Assembly: GCA_002421805.1 (NCBI GenBank)
Contig: DISM01000006.1
Coordinates: 199,182 to 263,181 of the forward strand
Direction: 5' to 3'
Length of the DNA: 64,000 bases
Source: Candidatus Omnitrophica bacterium UBA6210
GTDB lineage: Bacteria; Omnitrophota; Gorgyraeia; Velamenicoccales; Velamenicoccaceae
Both the position numbers and the translations under genes were made by a program. Below the pieces are notes generated by a model. It worked only from the letters and a program-made list of their open reading frames with translations. It did not search any database and had not been told where the DNA came from. Below are positions 46,510-55,955 of this stretch, one piece after another (positions within the stretch are counted from its first letter, which is position 1; each line of letters begins with the position of its first letter).

Positions 46510-49299
46510 ATGGACTATAAAGCGACCCTGAATTTACCCCAGACCGATTTTTCCATGAAGGCCAACCTGAGCGCGAGGGAGCCTGAGACCCTTGCCCGGT
46601 GGGAGGAAATGGGATTGTATGGGAAACTGCGCCAGGCGCGGCAAGGCCGTGACCTGTTTATCCTTCACGACGGCCCGCCTTACGCCAACGGCCATATCCA
46701 TATCGGCCATGCGTTGAACAAGATCCTCAAAGATATGATCGTGAGGTATAAGACGCTGCGCGGCTATGATGCGCCGTATATCCCCGGATGGGATTGCCAC
46801 GGCCTGCCTGTGGAGCATCAGCTTTTCAAAGACCTTAAGAAAAACAAGGACCAGATTGACCGGGTGGCTTTCCGCATGATGGCTTACGATTACGCCATGA
46901 AATACGTCGCCATCCAAAAAGAAGAATTCAAGAGGCTGGGGATCATCGGCGACTGGGAACATCCTTATCTGACGCTGGACAGAAAATATGAAGAGATGAT
47001 CCTGAGGTCTTTCGGACGCCTCGTCGAGGAGGGTTATATTTACCGCGGCCTGAAACCCGTGCACTGGTGTTTTCGCTGCGAAACGGCCCTGGCCGAGGCC
47101 GAGGTGGAATATGAAGACCACGAGTCAGATTCCGTCTATGTGAAATTTACGCTTAAAGATGAAGAGCACGCACGCCGCCTGAATATCCCCTTTGACGCCA
47201 AAAACCCGCCGTCCATCTGCATCTGGACGACGACGCCCTGGACGCTCATTGCCAATGTGGCCGTCGCCGTGCATCCCGACCTGGATTATATCCTCGTCGA
47301 TTTCGGCTCCGGCGAGCAGATGATCGTGGCGCGCGATCTCTTTGAGAGCTCGTTGAAAGAAAAGTTTTCTTCGGCGGGAGAGCCGCGCATCCTGAAACGC
47401 TTCCGGGGCAAAGAGCTCGAAGGCCTTGTGTATCGGCACCCCTTCGGGTTGAGAGAGGGCCGCGTTGTCCTGGCGGATTATGTCTCCAGGGAAGATGGCA
47501 CGGGATGCGTGCATACCGCGCCAGGCCACGGCCAGGAAGATTTTATGACGGGCCAAAAGTATCAACTGGATGTGGTCATGCCTGTTGACGAGAGGGGGCG
47601 TTTCCTGCCGGATGTGGCGGATTTCGCAGGCCAGCGTGTTTTTGACGCTAATGCCGGGATCATTCAGAAACTTTCCGAGCTTGGGCACCTGAAGCTGGCG
47701 TCCAAGATCGCCCATAGCTATCCTCATTGCTGGCGGTGCAAGCAGCCGGTCATTTTCCGGGCGACACAGCAGTGGTTCCTTAAGATCGACCATAAGGGTT
47801 TGAGGCAGAATTTGCTTGGGGCGATCCGCGATCAGGTCGCCTGGGTGCCTGCGTCGGGACGTGAACGCATCTCGGCCATGGTCGAGAACAGGCCCGACTG
47901 GTGCTTGTCGCGTCAGCGTTACTGGGGCGTGCCTATTCCGGCCGTCGTCTGCCGCGCCTGTCATCGCCATATCCTTGATGTGCGTCTGATCGAAAAACTT
48001 GTTGTCCGTGTCGCGGCGGAGGGGACGGATGCTTGGTTCAAGAGCGATATCACAGAGTTTTTGCCGCAGGACCTGCGCTGTACCTGCGGCTCTTCGGCTT
48101 TCGATAAATCGACGGACATCCTTGATGTGTGGTTTGATTCCGGCGTCAGCCACCAGGCGGTCCTCAAAGATGTGCCTGGCCTTAAACTGCCGGCAGATTT
48201 ATATCTGGAAGGGTCTGACCAGCATCGCGGCTGGTTCCAGGCGTCTTTGATCCCGTCGGAGGCCATCGACCATCGGCCGCCCTTCAAGGCCGTCTTGACC
48301 CATGGGTTTGTCGTCGATGCGCAAGGCCGTAAGATGTCCAAATCCCTGGGCAACGTGATCTCTCCGCAGGAGATCATCAAGGATTTCGGCGCCGATATCC
48401 TGAGGCTCTGGGTCCTTTCAAGCGATTATAACGAGGATGTGCGCATTTCCAAGGAGATCCTGAATTTTACCGCCGACGCGTATCGCAAGATCCGCAATAC
48501 CGCGCGCTTCATCCTGGGGAATTTGAACGATTTCGATCCGGATGCGGACCGCCTGCCTTGTCAGGAGCTTACCGACATCGACCGTTGGGCGCTTTGGCGC
48601 CTGTCTCAGCTGACCGCCGATGTCACTCAAGATTACGACAATTACAGGTTTTATCATGTGTTTCAGAAGCTATTCGCTTTTTGCAACGAAGAGATGTCGT
48701 CGGTATATCTTGATATTCTCAAAGACAGGCTTTATACGGCGGGTAAGCGTTCGAAAGAGCGGCGCTCCGCGCAGACAGTTATTTATGATATCCTCGATTC
48801 TTTGAACAGGATGCTGGCGCCGGTATTGCCGTTTACGGCCGAAGAGATCTACCGCTCTATGCGCCATCGCAAGGGCGAGGCTGTGGAGAGCGTGCACTTG
48901 TCTTTTTGGCCGGTCCTCAATGACAAAGGCAAGGACACCGGAAGCCATGAGGATATCGACAAGATCCTTGAGATACGCCCGGATGTCCTTAAATCCATGG
49001 AAGAAGAGAGGGCAAAAGGCAAGATCGGAAGTTCTCTGGAGGCTAAGATCGTTCTGACGCTTAAGGATAAACAGGCGTCCGAAGTCTTTTTCCGTTTTGC
49101 GCAACAATTGCGTTATTTTTTTATTGTTTCATGCGTTGAGTTGAAGGTTGATGCGGCCCTGGGCGTTCCTTTCTCCATCAGCGTTGTGCATGCCGAAGGG
49201 AAAAAGTGCAGCCGCTGTTGGAATTATGCCCAGGACATCGACGCTGACCCGTCATATCCGGGTATTTGCGGCCGTTGCGTGCAGGCGATCCGGTCCTGA
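46510..49299 (+). CDS. ileS: isoleucine--tRNA ligase
   Basis: 929 aa with HIGH (PYANGHIHIGH) and KMSKS motifs and a C-terminal Zn cluster (CSRCW...CGRC). Confidence 0.97.
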   Translation: MDYKATLNLPQTDFSMKANLSAREPETLARWEEMGLYGKLRQARQGRDLFILHDGPPYANGHIHIGHALNKILKDMIVRYKTLRGYDAPYIPGWDCHGLPVEHQLFKDLKKNKDQIDRVAFRMMAYDYAMKYVAIQKEEFKRLGIIGDWEHPYLTLDRKYEEMILRSFGRLVEEGYIYRGLKPVHWCFRCETALAEAEVEYEDHESDSVYVKFTLKDEEHARRLNIPFDAKNPPSICIWTTTPWTLIANVAVAVHPDLDYILVDFGSGEQMIVARDLFESSLKEKFSSAGEPRILKRFRGKELEGLVYRHPFGLREGRVVLADYVSREDGTGCVHTAPGHGQEDFMTGQKYQLDVVMPVDERGRFLPDVADFAGQRVFDANAGIIQKLSELGHLKLASKIAHSYPHCWRCKQPVIFRATQQWFLKIDHKGLRQNLLGAIRDQVAWVPASGRERISAMVENRPDWCLSRQRYWGVPIPAVVCRACHRHILDVRLIEKLVVRVAAEGTDAWFKSDITEFLPQDLRCTCGSSAFDKSTDILDVWFDSGVSHQAVLKDVPGLKLPADLYLEGSDQHRGWFQASLIPSEAIDHRPPFKAVLTHGFVVDAQGRKMSKSLGNVISPQEIIKDFGADILRLWVLSSDYNEDVRISKEILNFTADAYRKIRNTARFILGNLNDFDPDADRLPCQELTDIDRWALWRLSQLTADVTQDYDNYRFYHVFQKLFAFCNEEMSSVYLDILKDRLYTAGKRSKERRSAQTVIYDILDSLNRMLAPVLPFTAEEIYRSMRHRKGEAVESVHLSFWPVLNDKGKDTGSHEDIDKILEIRPDVLKSMEEERAKGKIGSSLEAKIVLTLKDKQASEVFFRFAQQLRYFFIVSCVELKVDAALGVPFSISVVHAEGKKCSRCWNYAQDIDADPSYPGICGRCVQAIRS

Positions 49300-49355
49300 G
49301 GCATAATGGGGCGCAGGTTTGTATCTCGTAAAGTCATGCCCTCATTAAAAAAAGG

Positions 49356-49384
49356 TTGCCATTTGATTTCATTCCATATATAAT
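49356..49384 (+). promoter_or_regulatory. sigma70-type promoter upstream of the dksA-like gene
   Basis: TTGCCA (49356-49361), 17-nt spacer, TATAAT (49379-49384). Confidence 0.65.
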
Positions 49385-49467
49385 TGAACAGTTTTCAAAG
49401 GGAGTCACAACGCAAAGCCTGCTTGCCGGTGAAACGGGGAGCCAAGGAAATACAAAGGAGAAGCATA

Positions 49468-49854
49468 GTGAAACAGGCTAAAATGAACAAAAAGACCTCT
49501 GAGCACTATAAGAAACTCCTCCTGGAAAAACGCGAAGATATCTTGGGCGACATCACGCATATTTCCGAAGAAACGCTTAAGAAATCCCAGAAGGACGCCT
49601 CTGGCGATATTTCCGGTTATACCTTCCATATGGCCGACGTGGCTACGGACAATTATGACCGCGAATTCTCCCTTGATCTGGCTTCCAAGGAACGCGGCGT
49701 CCTCATGGAGATCAACTACGCCCTTCAGAAGCTTCAGGAAGGGCGGTTTGGTTTGTGCGAATCCTGCAAAAAACCCATCTCCAAGGTTCGGCTCAGGGCC
49801 GTGCCTTACACGACGCTGTGTCTGAAATGCCAGCAGGCTAAGGAAAAAAAGTAG
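49468..49854 (+). CDS. DksA/TraR-family C4 zinc-finger protein
   Basis: Coiled-coil region followed by CESCKKPI...CLKCQ. The GTG start at 49468 lies 7 nt after the AAAGGAG RBS. The next ATG is at 49483, and the ORF-track start is 49384. Confidence 0.8.
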   Translation: MKQAKMNKKTSEHYKKLLLEKREDILGDITHISEETLKKSQKDASGDISGYTFHMADVATDNYDREFSLDLASKERGVLMEINYALQKLQEGRFGLCESCKKPISKVRLRAVPYTTLCLKCQQAKEKK

Positions 49855-49892
49855 CTGTCGTTTCAAGATAGGCGGACCTTATTTTTCGCCGG

Positions 49893-50363
49893 ATGCCTAT
49901 TCTCCACGTGATCCTGATTGCCGTCGGTGCCATCGCGCTGGACCGGCTCACCAAGTCGGCCGCCGAGGCATATCTGTATGCGATCGACACCCATCCGGTC
50001 ATTCCCCACGTTTTTCATCTGACCCTCGTGCATAATACGGGCGCCGCCTTCGGGTTTTTGCGCGGCGGCGCTTTTTTTCTTATTCTGACGACCCTTGTTT
50101 GCATTGTTATGATGATGGCCTTGCTTAAAAGCAGGCGCCTGTTGAATAAATTCTTCGGCTTTGCCGAGATCGATGGATGGCTGTGTTGTTCTTTCGGCCT
50201 GATCCTGGGCGGGGCTGTCGGCAATCTGATCGACAGGTTCTGTTATTCCTATGTGATCGATTTTCTGGATTTTCGCGTCTGGCCGGTTTTCAATGTCGCG
50301 GATTCCGCCATCACCGTCGGCGGGATCATTTTGTTTGTGAAGATATTGATTTCAAAAAAGTAA
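49893..50363 (+). CDS. lspA: lipoprotein signal peptidase (signal peptidase II)
   Basis: Four-TM protein with the motifs NTGAAFG and FNVADS. Confidence 0.92.
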   Translation: MPILHVILIAVGAIALDRLTKSAAEAYLYAIDTHPVIPHVFHLTLVHNTGAAFGFLRGGAFFLILTTLVCIVMMMALLKSRRLLNKFFGFAEIDGWLCCSFGLILGGAVGNLIDRFCYSYVIDFLDFRVWPVFNVADSAITVGGIILFVKILISKK

Positions 50364-50543
50364 GCCAGCTCAATGGATGTTGGCCCCTCGTCCCGGGCAC
50401 TTGAAAATTTTTGCCACGACTCGGCCAGCGGAGCTGGCCTGTCTGAAAAAATTTTCTGCGAGGCAAAACTTTGTTTTGCCGAAGCGTGGGGTTAATTTTG
50501 CAAGGAAAGACACCCTGGTATAGGCAAAATCAAGGAGTTTCAC

Positions 50544-51290
50544 ATGGCGCCGGTCCTTTATAGCTGCAGCTTGTTTACGATCTATACCTATGGCGTTTTT
50601 GTCGCTTTTGCGTTTCTTTTGGCTACCTGGTTGATCACGAGACAGGCGGTGCGTTTGGGATTCGACCCCGAGGCCATCGGTAATTTTTTGATCTTCGTTT
50701 TGGTGTGCGGGATCCTGAGCGCGCGCATTTTTTACGTCGTGCTCAATTGGAGCGAATTCGCGTCGGATCCCCTGGAGATCCTCAGACTGTATCACGGCGG
50801 CCTGGTGTGGTACGGCGGTTTGATAGGGGCGTCGTTCTGCGGCGTGTTGTTTTTGAAGAAAAAGCGGCTTTCCATTTCCGCCGTCGTCGATCTCTGCGCG
50901 CCGTATCTGGCCCTGGCGCAGGCCATCGGCCGCATCGGTTGTTTTTTTAACGGCTGTTGTTACGGCAGGCCTTCGGCGCACGGCATTTTTTTTCCCGTAC
51001 ACGGCCGCACTCTTTTTCCCTCCCAACTCGTCGATGCCCTGAGCCTTCTTGTTGTTTTTGCGGTTTTGCGTCTTATCCGGGGGCAAAAGCCGGGGCAGTT
51101 GTTCGGGCTCTATCTGTCATTGGCGGGTCTTCAGCGTTTTTTTATGGAATTCCTGCGCGGGGATGAGCGGCCTTTCTATGGCGTTCTCAGCATCTATCAG
51201 TGGATAAGCCTTGGTCTTATGGTCGCTGGCATTCTTATCTATGTGCTGGCATTCGTCAGACGCAGGGGTTCTTCGACAATAAAGGCGTGA
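50544..51290 (+). CDS. lgt: prolipoprotein diacylglyceryl transferase
   Basis: Polytopic protein with the motifs HGGLVWYGGL and GRIGCFFNGCCYG. Confidence 0.92.
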   Translation: MAPVLYSCSLFTIYTYGVFVAFAFLLATWLITRQAVRLGFDPEAIGNFLIFVLVCGILSARIFYVVLNWSEFASDPLEILRLYHGGLVWYGGLIGASFCGVLFLKKKRLSISAVVDLCAPYLALAQAIGRIGCFFNGCCYGRPSAHGIFFPVHGRTLFPSQLVDALSLLVVFAVLRLIRGQKPGQLFGLYLSLAGLQRFFMEFLRGDERPFYGVLSIYQWISLGLMVAGILIYVLAFVRRRGSSTIKA

Positions 51291-51315
51291 CAGGTCCAGA
51301 CAGGGAGAGGGGCGC

Positions 51316-52221
51316 ATGACCCTGAAACAGACGGCGATTTCAGAAGAGGCCGTGAATACACGGCTCGATATCTTTTTGGCGAAGTCCGAGCCTGATTTTT
51401 CCAGGACTTTTATCAAGGATTGGATCCTTCAGGGGAAAGTTTTTGTCAACGGCCAGGCCGCCAAGCCCCATTATCGGCTCAAGGTGAAGGATGAGCTCTC
51501 CTGGGAGGCGCCGCAGGCCCCGCAGACACAGATCAAGGCCGAGGATATCCCCTTGGATATTCTCTATGAAGACCGCGATGTCATTGTGATCGATAAACCC
51601 GCGGGCATGGTCGTGCATCCTGGGGCCGGCCAGGAGACCCATACGCTGGTTCATGCGCTCCTGCATCACTGCGGTGAGCTTTCAAGCGTCAGCAAGGAAC
51701 GGCCCGGGATCGTGCATCGCCTTGATAAAGAGACGTCCGGCGTCATGGTTGCGGCAAAGAATAATCAGGCGCACCTGAATCTGGCCAAGCAGTTCAAGAA
51801 ACATTCGATCCACCGGCGCTATATCGCCCTTGTGGAGGGCAGTGTTCCTTTTGATGAAGGCATCGTCGACGTGCCCCTCAAGCGGCATGTTGTCGACCGC
51901 AAGAAGATGTCCGTCAGCTTTTGCGATGAGGCCAAGGACGCCCGCACCTTCTATCACGTTCTGGGTCGTTTTAAGGATTATACGGCCGTCGAGCTTCTTC
52001 CGGAAACAGGCCGGACGCACCAGTTGCGCGTGCATATGTCTTACCTGGGTCATCCGATCCTTGGCGACGCGGTTTACGGCCGCAAGAAGAATTTCTCCCG
52101 TCTCGCCCTGCATGCCAAAGACCTTGGTTTCGAGCATCCGGCGACAAAAGAACGCGTCGAGTTCTCGTCGCCCCTGCCTGCGGAAATGAAAAAGGCCATG
52201 CCCGGCCTGAAGATCGACTAG
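51316..52221 (+). CDS. rluD: 23S rRNA pseudouridine synthase, RluD/RluA family
   Basis: N-terminal S4 domain, catalytic HRLDKETSG motif, and HQLRVH. Confidence 0.9.
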   Translation: MTLKQTAISEEAVNTRLDIFLAKSEPDFSRTFIKDWILQGKVFVNGQAAKPHYRLKVKDELSWEAPQAPQTQIKAEDIPLDILYEDRDVIVIDKPAGMVVHPGAGQETHTLVHALLHHCGELSSVSKERPGIVHRLDKETSGVMVAAKNNQAHLNLAKQFKKHSIHRRYIALVEGSVPFDEGIVDVPLKRHVVDRKKMSVSFCDEAKDARTFYHVLGRFKDYTAVELLPETGRTHQLRVHMSYLGHPILGDAVYGRKKNFSRLALHAKDLGFEHPATKERVEFSSPLPAEMKKAMPGLKID

Positions 52222-52273
52222 CGCTTCCTGCGGCGGCAGGATCCGCCGCCATGATCCGTCCCGATATTATTTT

Positions 52274-52322
52274 TTCTGTTCTCTGTACTCTGTTTTTTGT
52301 GCTTTGGTCTCTGGTCTCTTCT
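52274..52322. repeat. seven pyrimidine-rich heptamers (CTCTGKT type) in the rluD-aroA spacer
   Basis: YTG at 52276, 52283, 52290, 52297, 52304 and 52311, in exact 7-nt phase. Confidence 0.75.
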
Positions 52323-52348
52323 AGTTATGGACTCCCCGTCCCTTTTCG

Positions 52349-52357
52349 TGTTATAAT
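52349..52357 (+). promoter_or_regulatory. extended -10 promoter element (TGtTATAAT) upstream of aroA
   Basis: TG at 52349-52350 and TATAAT at 52352-52357. The aroA ATG lies only 9 nt downstream. Confidence 0.45.
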
Positions 52358-52366
52358 TTTAACTCA

Positions 52367-53671
52367 ATGAAAACCATGACGATCAAACCTTGCAGGGCTG
52401 TCTGCGGGGCGATAGAGTTGCCCGGAGACAAGTCCATTTCCCACCGCGCCGCGATCCTGTCGTCTTTAAGCAGGGGCAGGACGGAGATCCGCGGATTCCT
52501 CTTCTCCGATGATTGCCTTGTGACTTTGAAGGCCCTCAAAGGCATGGGGGTTGGCGTCAAGACATTCAGGCGCGAACATCGCGTGATCATTGATTCCTGC
52601 GGCGCGTTGCGGCCGCCGAGAAGCCCTCTGGATATGAATGAATCGGGGACGAGCGCGCGCATCCTCATGGGTCTTTTGGCTGGCCAGGGATTTGCGTCGC
52701 GCCTGACAGGAGCGCCTTCACTTTTGAAACGGCCGATGGCGCGCGTCATTAAGCCTTTAACTTTGATGGGGGCGAGGATCCATGCGCGTCTCAAGGGAGG
52801 GCAGGCCTATTTGCCTGCTTTGATCCAGCCGTCGAAGCTTTGCGGGATATGCTGGAAACAGGAAGTTGCCAGCGCGCAGGTCAAATCGTCACTGCTTCTG
52901 GCTGGTCTTTTTGCTCAAGGGGAGACGTGCGTCCGCGAGGCGGTTGCGACGCGCGACCATACTGAGCGGATGTTGAAGCTCTTCGGGGCGGATGTCCATA
53001 TTGGCGCAAGCGGCATCATGTTGAAACAGGGACGGCTCGTGTCTCCGGGCACGGTGATCGTGCCCGGCGATATCTCGAGCGCCGCATTCTTTGTCGTGGC
53101 TGCGCTGGTCCTGAAGGGGTCGCGTCTTGTCATAAAAAATGTGGGTATGAATCCAACCCGCACAGGCGCTATCCGGGTCTTGCAGAGAATGGGAGGATAT
53201 ATCCGTCAAACTTGCGAGAGAAAAAGTTATGAGCCGATATCCGACCTGGATGTCCGTTTCAGCGAGCTTCACGGCATCAGGATCAGGGCCAGAGAGATCC
53301 CGAGCCTGATTGACGAATTGCCCATTCTCATGGTCGCTGGTTCCTTGGCAAAAGGCCGCACAGTCATCGAAGGGGCAGGGGAGCTGCGCGTTAAGGAGAC
53401 GGACCGCATCCGATCGATGAGGTGGAATCTTAGGAAGGCTGGCGTTAAGGTAGAAACGAAAGTTACTGCAGGCAGAGAAGATATCATCATTATAGGCTCG
53501 AGCAGCCTCAGGGGCGGGCATTTCAGGAGTTATGGAGACCATCGGACGGCCATGAGCATGTATGTGGCGGCTCTGGCAGCCTCCGGGCCTTCCTTTTTGG
53601 ACGATCCCGGGTGCGTCTGCAAGTCTTTCCCTGAATATTTCAGCGAGTTTAAACATCTGATTGCCAGATAA
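52367..53671 (+). CDS. aroA: 3-phosphoshikimate 1-carboxyvinyltransferase (EPSP synthase)
   Basis: LPGDKSISHRA and NESGTSARIL motifs. 434 aa. Confidence 0.95.
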   Translation: MKTMTIKPCRAVCGAIELPGDKSISHRAAILSSLSRGRTEIRGFLFSDDCLVTLKALKGMGVGVKTFRREHRVIIDSCGALRPPRSPLDMNESGTSARILMGLLAGQGFASRLTGAPSLLKRPMARVIKPLTLMGARIHARLKGGQAYLPALIQPSKLCGICWKQEVASAQVKSSLLLAGLFAQGETCVREAVATRDHTERMLKLFGADVHIGASGIMLKQGRLVSPGTVIVPGDISSAAFFVVAALVLKGSRLVIKNVGMNPTRTGAIRVLQRMGGYIRQTCERKSYEPISDLDVRFSELHGIRIRAREIPSLIDELPILMVAGSLAKGRTVIEGAGELRVKETDRIRSMRWNLRKAGVKVETKVTAGREDIIIIGSSSLRGGHFRSYGDHRTAMSMYVAALAASGPSFLDDPGCVCKSFPEYFSEFKHLIAR

Positions 53672-53739
53672 GCAGTTTGAGCCCTGCTGAAAAGGATTCT
53701 GGCCAGGATTTCTGCGGGATCATTCAGGGGAAATATTTA

Positions 53740-53768
53740 TTGACAGCCCCTGCCGCCTCTGCTAATAT
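53740..53768 (+). promoter_or_regulatory. sigma70-type promoter upstream of mreB
   Basis: TTGACA (53740-53745), 17-nt spacer, TAATAT (53763-53768). Confidence 0.6.
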
Positions 53769-53804
53769 TTAAAAAATCAACCCAATCCACCAACCCTATT
53801 ACAC

Positions 53805-54887
53805 ATGACACAATTATCCAAATTACCCAAAAGAACGTTGAATTACATATCTGGTTTGTTTTCCAATGATATGGGCATTGATTTGGGGACGGCCACGACC
53901 CTCGTGTACGTAAAGAATGAGGGTATCGTTCTGTGTGAGCCGTCGGTTGTGGCCCTGAAGAAGGGGGCTACCGTTAATCGTGTCCTGGCTGTTGGTGATG
54001 AGGCAAAGAAGATGCTGGGCCGCACGCCCGGGAATATCCTGGCGATCAGGCCTATGAAGGACGGCGTCATTGCAGATTTCGATATTACGGAGGCGATGCT
54101 GCGCTATTTCATCAAAAAGATCCATCGCCGCCGCGTGCTGGTTTCGCCGCGCATGGTGATCGCCATTCCTTCCGGCATCACTGAAGTCGAACGCCGGGCG
54201 GTCAAAGATTCGGCCATGCGTGCCGGCGCCAGGGAAGTCCATCTCGTTGAAGAACCTTTGGCTGCGGCCATCGGAGTGGGTTTGCCGATCCATGAACCCG
54301 CAGGTAATATGATCGTCGATATCGGCGGCGGCACGACCGAGGTGGCGGTGATCTCGTTATCGGGTATCGTCTTTTCAAAGTCTATCAGGATCGCCGGAGA
54401 TGAGCTGGATGTGGCGGTCGTGGAATATCTCAAAAAGAATTACAACCTTATGATCGGCGAGCGTACGGCCGAGGATATCAAGATCAAAATTGGATCGGCG
54501 TATCCTCTGGAAGAAGAGCTGAGCCTTGAGGTTCGTGGCCGCGATCTTGTTGCAGGGTTGCCGAAGATGGTGACGATCACGTCCGAAGAGGTGAGGGATG
54601 CGATCGCCGAGCCCGTAAGGGCGATCGTCGATTCGGCAAAGATCGCGCTCGAGAGGACGCCGCCTGAGCTCGCCGCCGACCTGATCGATCGCGGTATTGT
54701 TTTGGCCGGAGGCGGGTCTCAACTGCGCGGCCTTGACCGCTTGATCGCCGAAGAAACGGGCCTGCCCGTCCATATCGCCGATGATCCTGTGACAGCCGTG
54801 GCCCAGGGGACAGGTAAGATCCTTGAGCTTGAAAGCCGCTACTTGCGCGACGTGACTGTCGTGACCAAGACGGAAAGCGCCATTTAA
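53805..54887 (+). CDS. mreB: rod shape-determining protein MreB
   Basis: [17 protein letters not shown]...[11 protein letters not shown] actin-fold motifs. Confidence 0.96.
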   Translation: MTQLSKLPKRTLNYISGLFSNDMGIDLGTATTLVYVKNEGIVLCEPSVVALKKGATVNRVLAVGDEAKKMLGRTPGNILAIRPMKDGVIADFDITEAMLRYFIKKIHRRRVLVSPRMVIAIPSGITEVERRAVKDSAMRAGAREVHLVEEPLAAAIGVGLPIHEPAGNMIVDIGGGTTEVAVISLSGIVFSKSIRIAGDELDVAVVEYLKKNYNLMIGERTAEDIKIKIGSAYPLEEELSLEVRGRDLVAGLPKMVTITSEEVRDAIAEPVRAIVDSAKIALERTPPELAADLIDRGIVLAGGGSQLRGLDRLIAEETGLPVHIADDPVTAVAQGTGKILELESRYLRDVTVVTKTESAI

Positions 54888-55157
54888 TCGAGCCGCAGCA
54901 TGCGGCGAAGATAGACCCTTCCTTATTTGGAAGAGGAAGGCCTGCCCTTATTGGGCTACCCCGCGAGTATCGGAAAAATTTCCTGCCCGGCATCCCTGGG
55001 CGAGAAATTTTTTCGATATCTTACGATGCGGGGACATGCAGGAAAGAGCCCCATGTCTGCACGTAGTTAAAGTCAGTGCATACATGGGGAGATTCATTGC
55101 CGTCCCTGAAGCGGGCGATAGCCGTTCGACCTCTCCCGCTGTAACTTTGACACGGAT

Positions 55158-55955
55158 GTGTTTCTCGCCAATAGAAAGTTCATAGGCTATTTCTTCATCG
55201 TTGTCCTCCTATCCCTTCTTGTTTTTCTTTCATTTCGCCATTCGCCTTATGTGATGCGCCGGGTTTTTGCGGACGCGGCCAAATTTCCTCTGATGGCTCT
55301 AGATGCCGCAGGCCAGGAGGGGAGGGCCTTGTTATTCTTCCACAAAAGCTATTGGGACAATAAAAAGCTCATTCGCGAGAACGGAGAGTTGAAGAGCGGG
55401 TTATTGGAGGTCGAGGAGCTTCAAAAAGAGAATGCGCGCCTGCGCGCCTTGCTTGATTTACGCCAGAAGCTTGATTACGAAACGATCCCCGCATCCGTCA
55501 TCGGCCGCGATTTCGGTGTTTTTCGGTCTTACCTTGTTCTTGACCAGGGCCGCGCAGCGGGGATCAAGACATACTCGCCGGTCATGACGTCCGCCGGCCT
55601 GGTGGGAAAGGTCCTTGAGACCGGTCAATTCTCCTGCAAGGTCATCCTGTTGAACGATCCGGACCTGGCTGTGCCCGCAAAAGATGCGCGTAGCGGCGAG
55701 CAAGGGCTGGTTTCCGGCAGCCTGGACGGCAGGTGCAAGCTGCGGTTCCTGGATGTGAACAGCGATGTGACCGAGGGGGACCTGATCGTGACGAGCGGCT
55801 TGAACATGACATATCCGGCCGGGATCCCGATCGGCCGCGTCAAAATGGTCGGCACGGAGTCCAGCGGCCTGAGTAAATTCGCGGTCATCGACCCCGTCCT
55901 GAATCTCTCCTGCCTGGACGAAGTGCTCATCGTTACCTCTTTCAAGCATGATTAA
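55158..55955 (+). CDS. mreC: rod shape-determining protein MreC
   Basis: N-terminal TM, coiled coil (LQKENARLRALLDL), and beta domains (SPVMTSAGLVGKV...GDLIVTSGL...YPAGIPIG). GTG start with no clear RBS. Confidence 0.85.
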   Translation: MFLANRKFIGYFFIVVLLSLLVFLSFRHSPYVMRRVFADAAKFPLMALDAAGQEGRALLFFHKSYWDNKKLIRENGELKSGLLEVEELQKENARLRALLDLRQKLDYETIPASVIGRDFGVFRSYLVLDQGRAAGIKTYSPVMTSAGLVGKVLETGQFSCKVILLNDPDLAVPAKDARSGEQGLVSGSLDGRCKLRFLDVNSDVTEGDLIVTSGLNMTYPAGIPIGRVKMVGTESSGLSKFAVIDPVLNLSCLDEVLIVTSFKHD

